A stretch of 64,000 bases of DNA from Candidatus Kaiserbacteria bacterium (GCA_027451665.1 DAIDIW010000005.1:2955-66954), one strand, 5' to 3'. Counted from the first letter of the stretch, positions 1 to 8,345 are shown. Program-made: numbers and translations. Notes: generated by a model from the sequence alone, not told the origin.

Positions 1-531
1 GCCCACGATGAGATCGGGACGATGCTGGTTGTGCCGGATGCCGCGGATACTCTGTTCGCTTGAGACGGCAGTGATGCGGGCGTCCATTTGCGAGAATACC
101 AGGGACGATGAGCCCCATTCGTTGTTCTCCTCTTGGAAGGGGCCGAGGTCGTTCTTGAGAAGCGCATTCCCCTCGAGCTCGCGACGGAGGTTCATCATGT
201 GCTGCTTCGCTTGCGCTTGCGTCTGGCAGAGGATGAGCACGAACTTTTTCTGCTGCTCGCCGAGGATGGCCCAGATTGGGTACGAGGTGGTGAAGATGGT
301 CGACTTCGCGGAGCCCCTAAAGGAGACCACAAACAGGCTCTTGATATCCTCGCGCTCGGTGAGCTGGAAGAGCTCGCGATGGAACGGGGCGGTTTCGTAC
401 TTTACGTAGTGAGCGAAGTAGAAGTGGAAGAAGAGGAAGTGACTTTGGCGTGTGATCGCCGCGCGGATGCGGCGGTCGCGGAACATCTTGTCAGCAAGAT
501 CGGGCGGCAGACCGCTAGGAGGTAGGTTCAT
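1..531 (-). CDS. Phage terminase large subunit, N-terminal ATPase part (3'-truncated by window edge; not in ORF track)
   Basis: Manual translation from ATG 531: MNLPPSGLPPDLADKMFRDRRIRAAITRQSHFLFFHFYFAHY...VVSFRGSAKSTIFTTSYPIW...SIRGIRHNQHRPDLIVG. Walker-A-like FRGSAKST and RG...RPDLIV leading into Walker B. Open to base 1; overlaps the upstream HTH gene. Confidence 0.85.
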   Translation of the reverse strand, partial: MNLPPSGLPPDLADKMFRDRRIRAAITRQSHFLFFHFYFAHYVKYETAPFHRELFQLTEREDIKSLFVVSFRGSAKSTIFTTSYPIWAILGEQQKKFVLILCQTQAQAKQHMMNLRRELEGNALLKNDLGPFQEENNEWGSSSLVFSQMDARITAVSSEQSIRGIRHNQHRPDLIVG

Positions 532-988
532 GTTTCGGGGGATTATCGTTTGCAGGTTCTTCGCCTAGCTTCGGTTCTTGAGGAGAGGGCTCCTTCATTT
601 CCGGCGGGATTTCGACGGTTAGGGACGCGAGCCGGAGCGCCTCCTTGACCACCGCCTCCTGTTCGGGCGACAGTTCTTCCTGCGGCCCGCTTCCCGCGAC
701 CACTTCAAGGCGATCGCGGAATCTCGGGTTACGCTTCCTAAGCCAGAACGCGATGGCGTTCCAGTTCTTTTCCTTCATGAGCGTGATGAGTTGCGATTCG
801 CCGAGGTCGTTCACGATTGCCTCGCCCTCGGCGAGCGCCTCGTCCATCGCCTTGGCGAATTCCGCGTCCTCTTTGCGCCAGCGATACACGCTATTGCGCG
901 ATAGATTGAGCTTTTCGCAGGCGACCTGCACGATTGGTATCTTGCGGAGCTGCTCTATGAGTAAATCGGCGTCGCGGTTCTTCTTCAT
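515..988 (-). CDS. HTH protein, probable terminase small subunit (phBC6A51-like)
   Basis: IVQVACEKLNLSRNSVYRWRKEDAEF HTH, AIAFWLRKR motif; directly upstream of and overlapping the terminase large subunit. Confidence 0.75.
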   Translation of the reverse strand: MKKNRDADLLIEQLRKIPIVQVACEKLNLSRNSVYRWRKEDAEFAKAMDEALAEGEAIVNDLGESQLITLMKEKNWNAIAFWLRKRNPRFRDRLEVVAGSGPQEELSPEQEAVVKEALRLASLTVEIPPEMKEPSPQEPKLGEEPANDNPPKHEPTS

Positions 989-1758
989 ACCGGTTTCGCC
1001 TTACAGCCGGTTAACTTCTCCCATCGCGCGATCGCCGTTCGCACGTACTCTTCGTCTATTTCGACAGCATAACAGCGGCGGCGCACCTGCTCGCACGCAA
1101 GGAGCGTCGTGCCGCTCCCGAGGAAGCCGTCATATACCACGTCGTCGATCCCGCTGCTGTTAAGAATCAGGCGGCGCATAAGTCCCATCGGCTTCGTTGT
1201 GGGGTGGAATTTGCTCTTTCCCGGGCGCGGATAAAAGAGTACGGACTTGTCCTTTGAGCGACGGAACTTGTGCGTGCCGAGCCAGCCGTACAGGATAAGC
1301 TCGTGTTGGGGCGCGTAGTCGAGACGACCGACGACCGCTTGCGATTTCACCCATACCAAGAGTTGTGCCGCCTTGAATCCGGCGTCGAGCATGCCGTCGC
1401 GGAGCGCCCACACCATCTTGTCCGCATTGAAGACGTACGCGGCGTTCTTGCTCGCTAAGTGCGGCGCGATTGCTTCAAGCCACGCGCGATTGAACGCGCG
1501 GTACTCCCCGTCCGACTGAATACCGTCGTTCGCGATCGCCTTGTCCTTCGAGAGCTTCGAGAAGCCGCGCTTCGACTCGACCGCCGCCACCGCATATGGC
1601 GGATCGCTCGCAATGAGCGCGGCCTTGTCCTTGCCGAAGAGACGCTTCAAGAGTTCCGGGTCGCGGCAGTCGCCTAACGCGAGGCGATGCTCGCCGAGCT
1701 GCCAGACCGTCCGCGGCTTAGGAGAGTTTGCGGGCTTTGGTGCCGGTCGCGTTTTCAT
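985..1758 (-). CDS. DNA N6-adenine/N4-cytosine methyltransferase (beta class)
   Basis: DPPY catalytic motif, HPTTKP, and DGFLGSGTT SAM-binding motif in beta order. Confidence 0.9.
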   Translation of the reverse strand: MKTRPAPKPANSPKPRTVWQLGEHRLALGDCRDPELLKRLFGKDKAALIASDPPYAVAAVESKRGFSKLSKDKAIANDGIQSDGEYRAFNRAWLEAIAPHLASKNAAYVFNADKMVWALRDGMLDAGFKAAQLLVWVKSQAVVGRLDYAPQHELILYGWLGTHKFRRSKDKSVLFYPRPGKSKFHPTTKPMGLMRRLILNSSGIDDVVYDGFLGSGTTLLACEQVRRRCYAVEIDEEYVRTAIARWEKLTGCKAKPV

Positions 1759-3013
1759 AACGAGAAATTATTAAGTCGGTAAAGACGGGGGATGCCTCGG
1801 CAAGGTAGCAGATCCGTTTCAGTTGGTCGGCGCTGATGAGCGTGCTGCCGGATCCCCCGAATAAATCCAACACCCGGGCGCCCGGGCGCGTGCTTCGTTT
1901 AATGGGGCGCTCATGGAGCGACACGGGCTTCTGTGTCGGGTGGGTATACTCGGTTCCGGCGACGCGCTTGGCGAGCCAGATGTCGAGCGCGTCGAGGATG
2001 TCGTCGAGCAGCTTGTTGCCCGACGGTCCGAGTTCCTTGTTAAGCACTTCGGCGAAGTTCGCCCCGACGGGCGAGATCGGCGGTTTCCCCCGTGTCGCAT
2101 ATACGCACGGCTCGTAGCACTTGTTGTACGCGGCTCCCGGCACCGGATTCGCCGCTCCCTTGATCCACAGGCACACGCGGCGGTTCTCGAGGTCGAGTTC
2201 GGCGAAGAGGCCCTGCACCATGCCGATGTACTTTTGATCGCAGTAGTAATAGGCGTGGACATCGGGCTTGGCGGCTGCGAGCGCGTTCTCCATGGAGCGC
2301 TTGAGGAAGTCGCGATACTCCTCGTCCGTCTTGGCGTCGTCGACCGCGCCGCCATAGGAACCCTTGCCGCCCACGCCCTTGTCGTAGTCGAGAGAAATAT
2401 TGTAGGGAGGGTCGCAATAGATCATGTCCACGCGCTCCTTGCCGACGAGCCGCTTGACCACTTCCGGGTCGAGCGAGCTACCGCAGATAAGACGATGCGG
2501 CCCGAGCGCATACAGGTCACCGATCTTGCTTTTGGGCTTCTTGATTTTCTCCAGCTCCTTCTCGACATCGAAGTTATCCTCGCTTGCCTCGAGCGCGTCG
2601 GAGAAAATTATCGAGAGGTCGGTGTCGTCGAAGCCCGAGACGAGTAGCGTGTCTATGTCGAAATACTGCGAGAGCGCCTCATACTGCCAGTCGCCGTGGA
2701 CGCGGTTGCTCGTGAGGAGGTACTGCTCGTATTCGGACTTCGTGAGCTTGCGGTTCGGCACGCGCACGTCGATGGTCTCCTCGCCGCACCCGAGGAGTTG
2801 CAGCACGGCGACGCGCTGGTGGCCCGCGACGATCCGGTTGTCCGCGTCGATGGCCGGAACTTCCACCAGTCCGAATTTTTCGAGTGAATGAATGAGGTCC
2901 TCGCGCTGCTTGTCCGAAAGAACGCGAGGGTTCTTGTTGAATGGCAGCAGGTCGTTGACGCGGCGACGCTCGTTGTGCCACGCAAGCGGCCCGCCTCTGG
3001 GGGTAGCTTTCAT
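1718..3013 (-). CDS. ParB-like N-terminal domain fused to DNA methyltransferase
   Basis: N-terminal NPR...IVAGHQRV ParB/Srx signature; DPPY, HPTQKP, DLFGGSGST. Alternative start at 3025. Confidence 0.9.
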   Translation of the reverse strand: MKATPRGGPLAWHNERRRVNDLLPFNKNPRVLSDKQREDLIHSLEKFGLVEVPAIDADNRIVAGHQRVAVLQLLGCGEETIDVRVPNRKLTKSEYEQYLLTSNRVHGDWQYEALSQYFDIDTLLVSGFDDTDLSIIFSDALEASEDNFDVEKELEKIKKPKSKIGDLYALGPHRLICGSSLDPEVVKRLVGKERVDMIYCDPPYNISLDYDKGVGGKGSYGGAVDDAKTDEEYRDFLKRSMENALAAAKPDVHAYYYCDQKYIGMVQGLFAELDLENRRVCLWIKGAANPVPGAAYNKCYEPCVYATRGKPPISPVGANFAEVLNKELGPSGNKLLDDILDALDIWLAKRVAGTEYTHPTQKPVSLHERPIKRSTRPGARVLDLFGGSGSTLISADQLKRICYLAEASPVFTDLIISRYENATGTKARKLS

Positions 3014-3079
3014 AGGCGAAAGCATAAAGAAGTAGCGGAACCGCTATGCAGCGTTTGACCGACTCTGTTATCCGTTTAC

Positions 3080-3925
3080 CTAACGTTCTCCCAGCCGTTC
3101 CCGCGTTCGAGCGACGATCGTGCGAATGTTTTGCAGGGTGAGCTCCCGATACTTTCCATGCAGTTCGGAATAGATCCATTTATCAACGGCCTTCATGGAA
3201 TTCTCCGCGCGTTTCCTGCCGGATTCTTCGCGCAGCTTTTTATATAAATCGTATATCTCCATGTCGCGCTCGAAGGTCCCCCATGCCTTGTTCTTGCCGA
3301 GGAAGTCGGGCAGACTCTTTTGTTCCTGCGCTATCCAGTCCCAGTGCCGCAGGAAATCTTCGCGCTTGGTATGCCCGAAAATTTGCACGAGTAGCTCGGC
3401 CGGGTCCCCGGGCTTCTCACGCCGCCACATGACTTTGAACGGCTCTGTCGGGTACTCGTCGATGCCGAAGAAGGTGTGATACTCGAGGAAGTCGTAGTAT
3501 CTGCGGTCACGCTGGTCTATGCCAAAGTGTTCGAGAATATCGTCAAAGACCTGCCCGTATACCGGCGGCAGAAACGACTCCTTGAATTCTTCGAGAGCAT
3601 AGAACTCCTGCGAGGACATCGTCGTTTTGTCTCCGGTGATCCGCGTCCGCGCCGCAGCCATCTCAGGACTCTTCTCGAGCTCGGTGTACCGCTTCCAAAA
3701 CGCATCGTTCCACGCCATGTACTGGGCGTACTTTTTGAACGGCCGCTTCGGGAGCGGGCATCCGGTTTCCGCGAAGCGCCTCTTGAGCAACGCGACCTTT
3801 TCCTTGAACCATGAGTCGCGGAGTATTGCTGCGACTTTGTAGTAGTTCTCGTCGTAAATTGGGCGGCGTTGTCCACCGCCCTTCACGCCACCTTTCGCTC
3901 GCTTCGTTCTATAATTGACAGGCAT
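3080..3925 (-). CDS. Hypothetical protein (281 aa), possible C-terminal HTH
   Basis: Long ORF with natural composition, first gene of the leftward unit and divergent from the XRE repressor. Confidence 0.7.
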   Translation of the reverse strand: MPVNYRTKRAKGGVKGGGQRRPIYDENYYKVAAILRDSWFKEKVALLKRRFAETGCPLPKRPFKKYAQYMAWNDAFWKRYTELEKSPEMAAARTRITGDKTTMSSQEFYALEEFKESFLPPVYGQVFDDILEHFGIDQRDRRYYDFLEYHTFFGIDEYPTEPFKVMWRREKPGDPAELLVQIFGHTKREDFLRHWDWIAQEQKSLPDFLGKNKAWGTFERDMEIYDLYKKLREESGRKRAENSMKAVDKWIYSELHGKYRELTLQNIRTIVARTRERLGER

Positions 3926-3927
3926 AG

Positions 3928-3944
3928 TTAGCTTGATAAGCTAA
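3928..3944. promoter_or_regulatory. Putative repressor operator TTAGCTT-gat-AAGCTAA
   Basis: Perfect 7-3-7 inverted repeat in the 33-bp divergent gap; overlaps a TTGACA(3915)-N16-TAAGCT promoter candidate. Confidence 0.6.
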
Positions 3945-3958
3945 ATGATACATACATC

Positions 3959-4306
3959 ATGAACATGACGCTAGGGGAATTCATTCGGAGCGTGCGAGAC
4001 GAGAAGGATATTTCGCTACGCGAGCTGGCTGACAAGTTGGGGTGCTCCGCTCCATTTTTGTATGACATTGAGCTTGGGCGGCGGCACCCGTCGGACGAAA
4101 TGCTTGGCAAGATCGCTCGGCACCTCGGCATCAACAAGAACGACCTTACGAAATACGATACGCGCCCCCCAACAAAACAGATTCGCGCGAGCATTGCGGC
4201 AAACCCGCAATTTGCGCTCGCGTTCCGCAAGATGATAGATAGCGGCATGACTCCGGACGATATGATGAAGGCCGCGAAGAGCGCGGAGAAGAAGTCGAAG
4301 GAATAG
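3959..4306 (+). CDS. XRE-family HTH repressor (ImmR/CapH-like)
   Basis: LGEFIRSVRDEKDISLRELADKLGCSAPFLYDIELGRRHPS. Confidence 0.9.
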   Translation: MNMTLGEFIRSVRDEKDISLRELADKLGCSAPFLYDIELGRRHPSDEMLGKIARHLGINKNDLTKYDTRPPTKQIRASIAANPQFALAFRKMIDSGMTPDDMMKAAKSAEKKSKE

Positions 4307-4312
4307 CAAGCC

Positions 4313-5002
4313 ATGAAGCAGGTCCGCTCCAGGGGTTCAGCCACCACCCACCCTCGGTACGAGGATCACGAGATCGAGCGGATGTGCATCGACGAGCTTC
4401 AGAAGGCGGGGTATTTGCCCGATGCTCCGTCGCCGATTCGCATCGATCGCTTCATCGAGAAGCGCCTCGGAGTCACTCCGGAATATCTTGACCTACAGCC
4501 TGGCCTCCTCGGCTTCACGAAGTTCGGTCCGTACGGCGCAGAAACAATCGTCATCTCGCGCACACTCGGAGAAGATAGGGACGTCGTCGCCCAACGCCGC
4601 GTCCGCACAACGCTTGCCCACGAAGCGGGACACGCCCTGCTTCATGCCTCCCTGTTCGACGACCCGAAGAGGCAGATGCAGGTGCTATTCGACAAGGAGC
4701 ATACGGACCTTTCCAAAGTATTATGCCGCGACGTAGTGGGCTCCGGGGAAGAACAACGCGGGTACAACGGAGCATGGTGGGAGTTCCAGGCCAATCGGGC
4801 GATGGGGTCGCTACTTCTTCCCGAATCGCTCTTCCGACAAGCCGCCGGACCGCTTCTCGGCACCGGTCTCCTCGACCCAACGCCTACGGCCCTCACACCC
4901 GAGAAGAAAGCAGGTATCGAACACGTCCTTGCCGACCTTTTTGACGTGAATCCCGTGGTCGCCCGCTTCCGGCTCCACCAGCTCTATCCCTCCACCCGCT
5001 AG
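4313..5002 (+). CDS. ImmA/IrrE-family Zn metallopeptidase
   Basis: RRVRTTLAHEAGH (HExxH) and EFQANRAMGSLLLP; follows the XRE gene by 6 bp. Confidence 0.9.
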   Translation: MKQVRSRGSATTHPRYEDHEIERMCIDELQKAGYLPDAPSPIRIDRFIEKRLGVTPEYLDLQPGLLGFTKFGPYGAETIVISRTLGEDRDVVAQRRVRTTLAHEAGHALLHASLFDDPKRQMQVLFDKEHTDLSKVLCRDVVGSGEEQRGYNGAWWEFQANRAMGSLLLPESLFRQAAGPLLGTGLLDPTPTALTPEKKAGIEHVLADLFDVNPVVARFRLHQLYPSTR

Positions 5003-5123
5003 GGCAGCGGTTTATCCACAGGCCGCCAGGCCTGTGCGTCTTGTAATTTAGGCAGAAATAGCTTACGATGACATACAAACGCACCGGGCGACAGCTCATT
5101 TATCCGCGTTAATCAATCCTTAC

Positions 5124-5975
5124 ATGGACATCGTCATCTTCAACGTAGAGCACGGGCAGAGCATTCTCTTTTATCCGCACGGAGCGCCTGGATACACCAT
5201 GCTCGTCGACTGCGGGAACACGCAAGAGTTTAATCCGATCGATACTATCCTGCATCTCCTCCCGCAGGATCAGCTCGGTCGCCGCGTTCTCAGCAACCTG
5301 GCGCTTACGAATTACGACCACGACCACTTCTCTGGGTTACCGTACCTCGCAGACAAGGTCCACATCTCAACCGTTTCCTTCGCAAAGAATCTCACATCCG
5401 GTGAGATACGCTCCCTCAAGGAGGAGTCGACCGACGCGCTCGACAAACTGTGTGAGATCAAAGATACATACATCCACGATGCCCCGCATCACACTCCTCC
5501 GTACGCACGGCAGTTCTTTCACCTTGAGAAACACCATTTCCCGAATGGTGATTATGATACGAACAACCTGAGCCAGGTGATGTTCGTCAATTATCACGGT
5601 ACGACCATATGCATTGGTGGAGACCTCGAAGCCGTCGGATGGACCGAACTCTTAAAGAACGACGGATTCAAGGAGTGGCTCCGCGCGACCGATATTTTCA
5701 TCGCGTCGCACCACGGGCGCGAGAACGGGTATGCTGAGGAGATCTTCCAGCACTGCTCGCCCGAGTGCGTCATCATCTCCGATAAGGAAATGGTGCACGG
5801 CACCCAGGACGGCATGGCTCAGACCTATGCTTCCCATGTACGCGGTAACGGCATCACCTTTGGTAACCTCCGGGCTCTCACAGGACGGAAGGTACTCACG
5901 ACGCGTAATGACGGCCATATCCTGATCAAGCTCGCTCCCAACGGAGTTCGCGCATACGCGCCGATTTCGTTATGA
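5124..5975 (+). CDS. MBL-fold metallo-hydrolase (ComEC/Rec2-like)
   Basis: FNVEHGQS, LVDCG, TNYDHDHFSG, NNLS, GGDLE, ASHHGRENG. Confidence 0.85.
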   Translation: MDIVIFNVEHGQSILFYPHGAPGYTMLVDCGNTQEFNPIDTILHLLPQDQLGRRVLSNLALTNYDHDHFSGLPYLADKVHISTVSFAKNLTSGEIRSLKEESTDALDKLCEIKDTYIHDAPHHTPPYARQFFHLEKHHFPNGDYDTNNLSQVMFVNYHGTTICIGGDLEAVGWTELLKNDGFKEWLRATDIFIASHHGRENGYAEEIFQHCSPECVIISDKEMVHGTQDGMAQTYASHVRGNGITFGNLRALTGRKVLTTRNDGHILIKLAPNGVRAYAPISL

Positions 5976-6667
5976 ACTTCGATCGCTACTTCCTCACAGC
6001 GCGCCTCGCGCCAGCGATAATCGGCTCAATCCCGTTCTTCGTCCTCTATCTCTTCTTCCTGGGCAGCGTGCTCGTGTCGCTCTTCCATTCGTTGGCGGCG
6101 GTCACCTGGGTCGGCGGCGTGTCGACCATGGCGGCCTTCATCATCCTGCTCGCATCCGTAGGTAGGTCCATCTCGAAGGACATCTTCGAGCGCCGATGGT
6201 TCAAGAGCGACGAGACCCGGATGCCGACCACCGACTTCTTGATGCATAGGAACTCGGAGTATTCAGCGCCCTTCAAACGCGATCTCCGCGAGAAAATCCG
6301 CGCGGACTTCAACATAGAGCTGCATACCGAACTTGCAGAGGCCGAGGACGAAAGCGGGGCGCGGAAGCGCATCGCCGAAGCAGTGGTGCTTATCAGGCAG
6401 CAGATGAAAGACGGTCACCTCCTCCTCCAGCACAACATCGAGTACGGCTTTTTCCGGAATCTCGTCGGGTGCTCCGTTGTGGCCGAGGTCGTCCTGCTCG
6501 CGAATATTCTTGTGTTTACGCTCGTCTCCCCGAATCACGTTGCACTCTACACTTCAATCACGCTCCTCGTTCTATATGCGATCCCTATCGCGTTCGCGAA
6601 GTCGTTGATGCGTGTGCACGGCAAGCGGTATGCCCGCGTTCTTATCCAGGAATACCTCGCGGCGTAG
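5972..6667 (+). CDS. Membrane protein (~4 TM), translationally coupled to the MBL hydrolase
   Basis: ATGA overlap; two hydrophobic hairpins flanking a soluble PTT...NIEYGFFRN segment. Confidence 0.8.
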   Translation: MNFDRYFLTARLAPAIIGSIPFFVLYLFFLGSVLVSLFHSLAAVTWVGGVSTMAAFIILLASVGRSISKDIFERRWFKSDETRMPTTDFLMHRNSEYSAPFKRDLREKIRADFNIELHTELAEAEDESGARKRIAEAVVLIRQQMKDGHLLLQHNIEYGFFRNLVGCSVVAEVVLLANILVFTLVSPNHVALYTSITLLVLYAIPIAFAKSLMRVHGKRYARVLIQEYLAA

Positions 6668-6670
6668 TAA

Positions 6671-6997
6671 CTACCTTTTCTTCGCCAACTCCTTCCCGAG
6701 CGGCCCCTCCGCCATCTCGGTTATGGTGCCCACGAGCTTCGGCCACGACAGCGCACCGCCGTACCAGAGCAAGACGTTGTCCGTCCGATAGCGCATGAGC
6801 CGCATGAACTTCTGCCAGGTGAAGCCGTTAGCCTTCAGCTCGTCCTTCCAGTGATCCCAGAGGTACTTGGGGAGCTTATTCCCAGCCCATACGACGGCGG
6901 GCTCCCAGTTGATGCCGGGAGCGTTGTAGAGGGTGGCGTGAACGCTCTCCATCCACTTCTTGATCTCTACCGGCTCCCTTGGGGTAGGCAACTTCAT
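6671..6997 (-). CDS. Hypothetical protein (108 aa, Trp-rich)
   Basis: Clean ORF converging on the TM gene, AT-rich upstream region. Confidence 0.65.
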   Translation of the reverse strand: MKLPTPREPVEIKKWMESVHATLYNAPGINWEPAVVWAGNKLPKYLWDHWKDELKANGFTWQKFMRLMRYRTDNVLLWYGGALSWPKLVGTITEMAEGPLGKELAKKR

Positions 6998-7025
6998 ACC
7001 CCTAATATATACCCTATAGACCCTC

Positions 7026-7316
7026 TGTCAAAAGTGACACTCGCGTGTCCCGTTCTTGTGTCCTCTTTGTCACTTTTTGGTGCGGTACCGCAGGGCTCTC
7101 TCGAAAAGCTCGCGATCCCTCCGAGAGCGCCGGAATACGCTTGAACGGCTTGCGGGGATGCCGAAGCGCGGAGAAGGCGACGGAAGCCGTTCGCTAGTCA
7201 ACTTCTACGAATCCAGATACAGACCGTGGGGCCTCCGGCGCGGACGATAGAAGCGCGCCAAAGAATCCTTCAATTGCCTCACCTGGTGTTCTGCGGTACC
7301 GTGCGGGGGCACCAAA
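7026..7316. other. Inverted-repeat-bounded structured non-coding element
   Basis: AAAAGTGACA/TGTCACTTTT (7030-7039/7068-7077); TTTGGTGC-GGTACCGCAG (7076-7093) pairs with CTGCGGTACC...GCACCAAA (7291-7316); three internal hairpins. Confidence 0.5.
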
Positions 7317-7397
7317 TACTGCTAATTCAAGTGACCGAGCCGGGCTATTGGAAAGCTCGAACATCTGGGTTCAAAATTGCTTATACTTGACCTACCT

Positions 7398-8345
7398 ATG
7401 CTATTCACGAAACGCCAAGAGTCGGAACTCATAACCGCCATAAAAGGCCGCGGAGAAATCCCGCTCAAGTTCGTATACCTTGGCGAAGGTGCTCATAACT
7501 GGGACGCGCTTGCAGGTGGCCGAACCGAGAATGGTGGCATCAACAGCATGGAAGGCGTCCTGCTCACGAGTAAAGCTGCCGACTTCATTGGGTCATTCAA
7601 TGGCGTCTCTAAGATCAATGTCATTGATATCGGGTGCGGCAACGGTTATCCGGGCGTCCCCATTTTCAACGAGCTGCGGGAGCAAGGGATCGCGTTCCGT
7701 TATGTGCCAGTCGACATCAGCGCAGAGCTTCTCAACCTCGCAGAGAAAAACGTCCATGAGATGTTCCCAGATACCGAGATAAAGAAGTTCCACCTCGACT
7801 TCGAACTCGGAAACTTCTCCGACATGACCTACGCTCTCAAGAGCGATGGCTCCTCCAATCTCCTCTTGTTCCTCGGCTCTACGCTGGGCAACTTCTCCGA
7901 TCGCAACCGCGTGCTTACGAATTTCCGCGACTCAATGTCCTCCGACGACTACCTCATCAACGGGGTGGAACTCACAAACTTCGCCAAGATCAATAAAATC
8001 CTCAGCCACTACTCTCTCGATGTTGTTGGCGATTTCCTTTACTTCATTCCTGAACAAATTGGCATCAAGCGCGAGAATACGGACTTCAACGTTGTCTGGA
8101 ACGATCGCGAAAATCAAGTGGAAATGCGCCTGACGCTCAAGAAAGACGCCCGCATCACTATCGGCAACGAATCCTTCAAGCTCGAGGAAGGTGAATCTCT
8201 CTTCCTGGCGCGTTCGATGAAATTCGCAGAATGGTCTGTTACCAAACTCTTGTCCGATGTCGGATATCGCAACGAGCTTCTGACCACGAATGCTGACCGC
8301 TCGTATATGCTCTCAATGGTTCAGCCGACGCGGTATATCGTTTAA
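7398..8345 (+). CDS. EgtD-like SAM-dependent methyltransferase (L-histidine N-alpha-methyltransferase family)
   Basis: IPLKFVY, IDIGCGNG, YVPVDIS, LFLGSTLGNF. Confidence 0.75.
   Translation: MLFTKRQESELITAIKGRGEIPLKFVYLGEGAHNWDALAGGRTENGGINSMEGVLLTSKAADFIGSFNGVSKINVIDIGCGNGYPGVPIFNELREQGIAFRYVPVDISAELLNLAEKNVHEMFPDTEIKKFHLDFELGNFSDMTYALKSDGSSNLLLFLGSTLGNFSDRNRVLTNFRDSMSSDDYLINGVELTNFAKINKILSHYSLDVVGDFLYFIPEQIGIKRENTDFNVVWNDRENQVEMRLTLKKDARITIGNESFKLEEGESLFLARSMKFAEWSVTKLLSDVGYRNELLTTNADRSYMLSMVQPTRYIV

Larger units (their letters stand above)
1..7316. mobile_element. Right part of an integrated prophage/phage-like island
   Basis: Terminase, DNA MTases, XRE+ImmA pair and accessory cargo. A tRNA-3'-end-like sequence at 7299-7314 is the inferred boundary; the alternative boundary is the tRNA-Leu 3' end at 9588. 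Confidence 0.65.

Noticed and set aside
8-525. Plus-strand ORFs 8..409 and 133..525
   Set aside because: Shadows of the minus-strand terminase frame, which carries real motifs.
7076-7316. Retron msr-msd
   Set aside because: Terminal inverted repeats fit, but no reverse transcriptase is encoded in the window.
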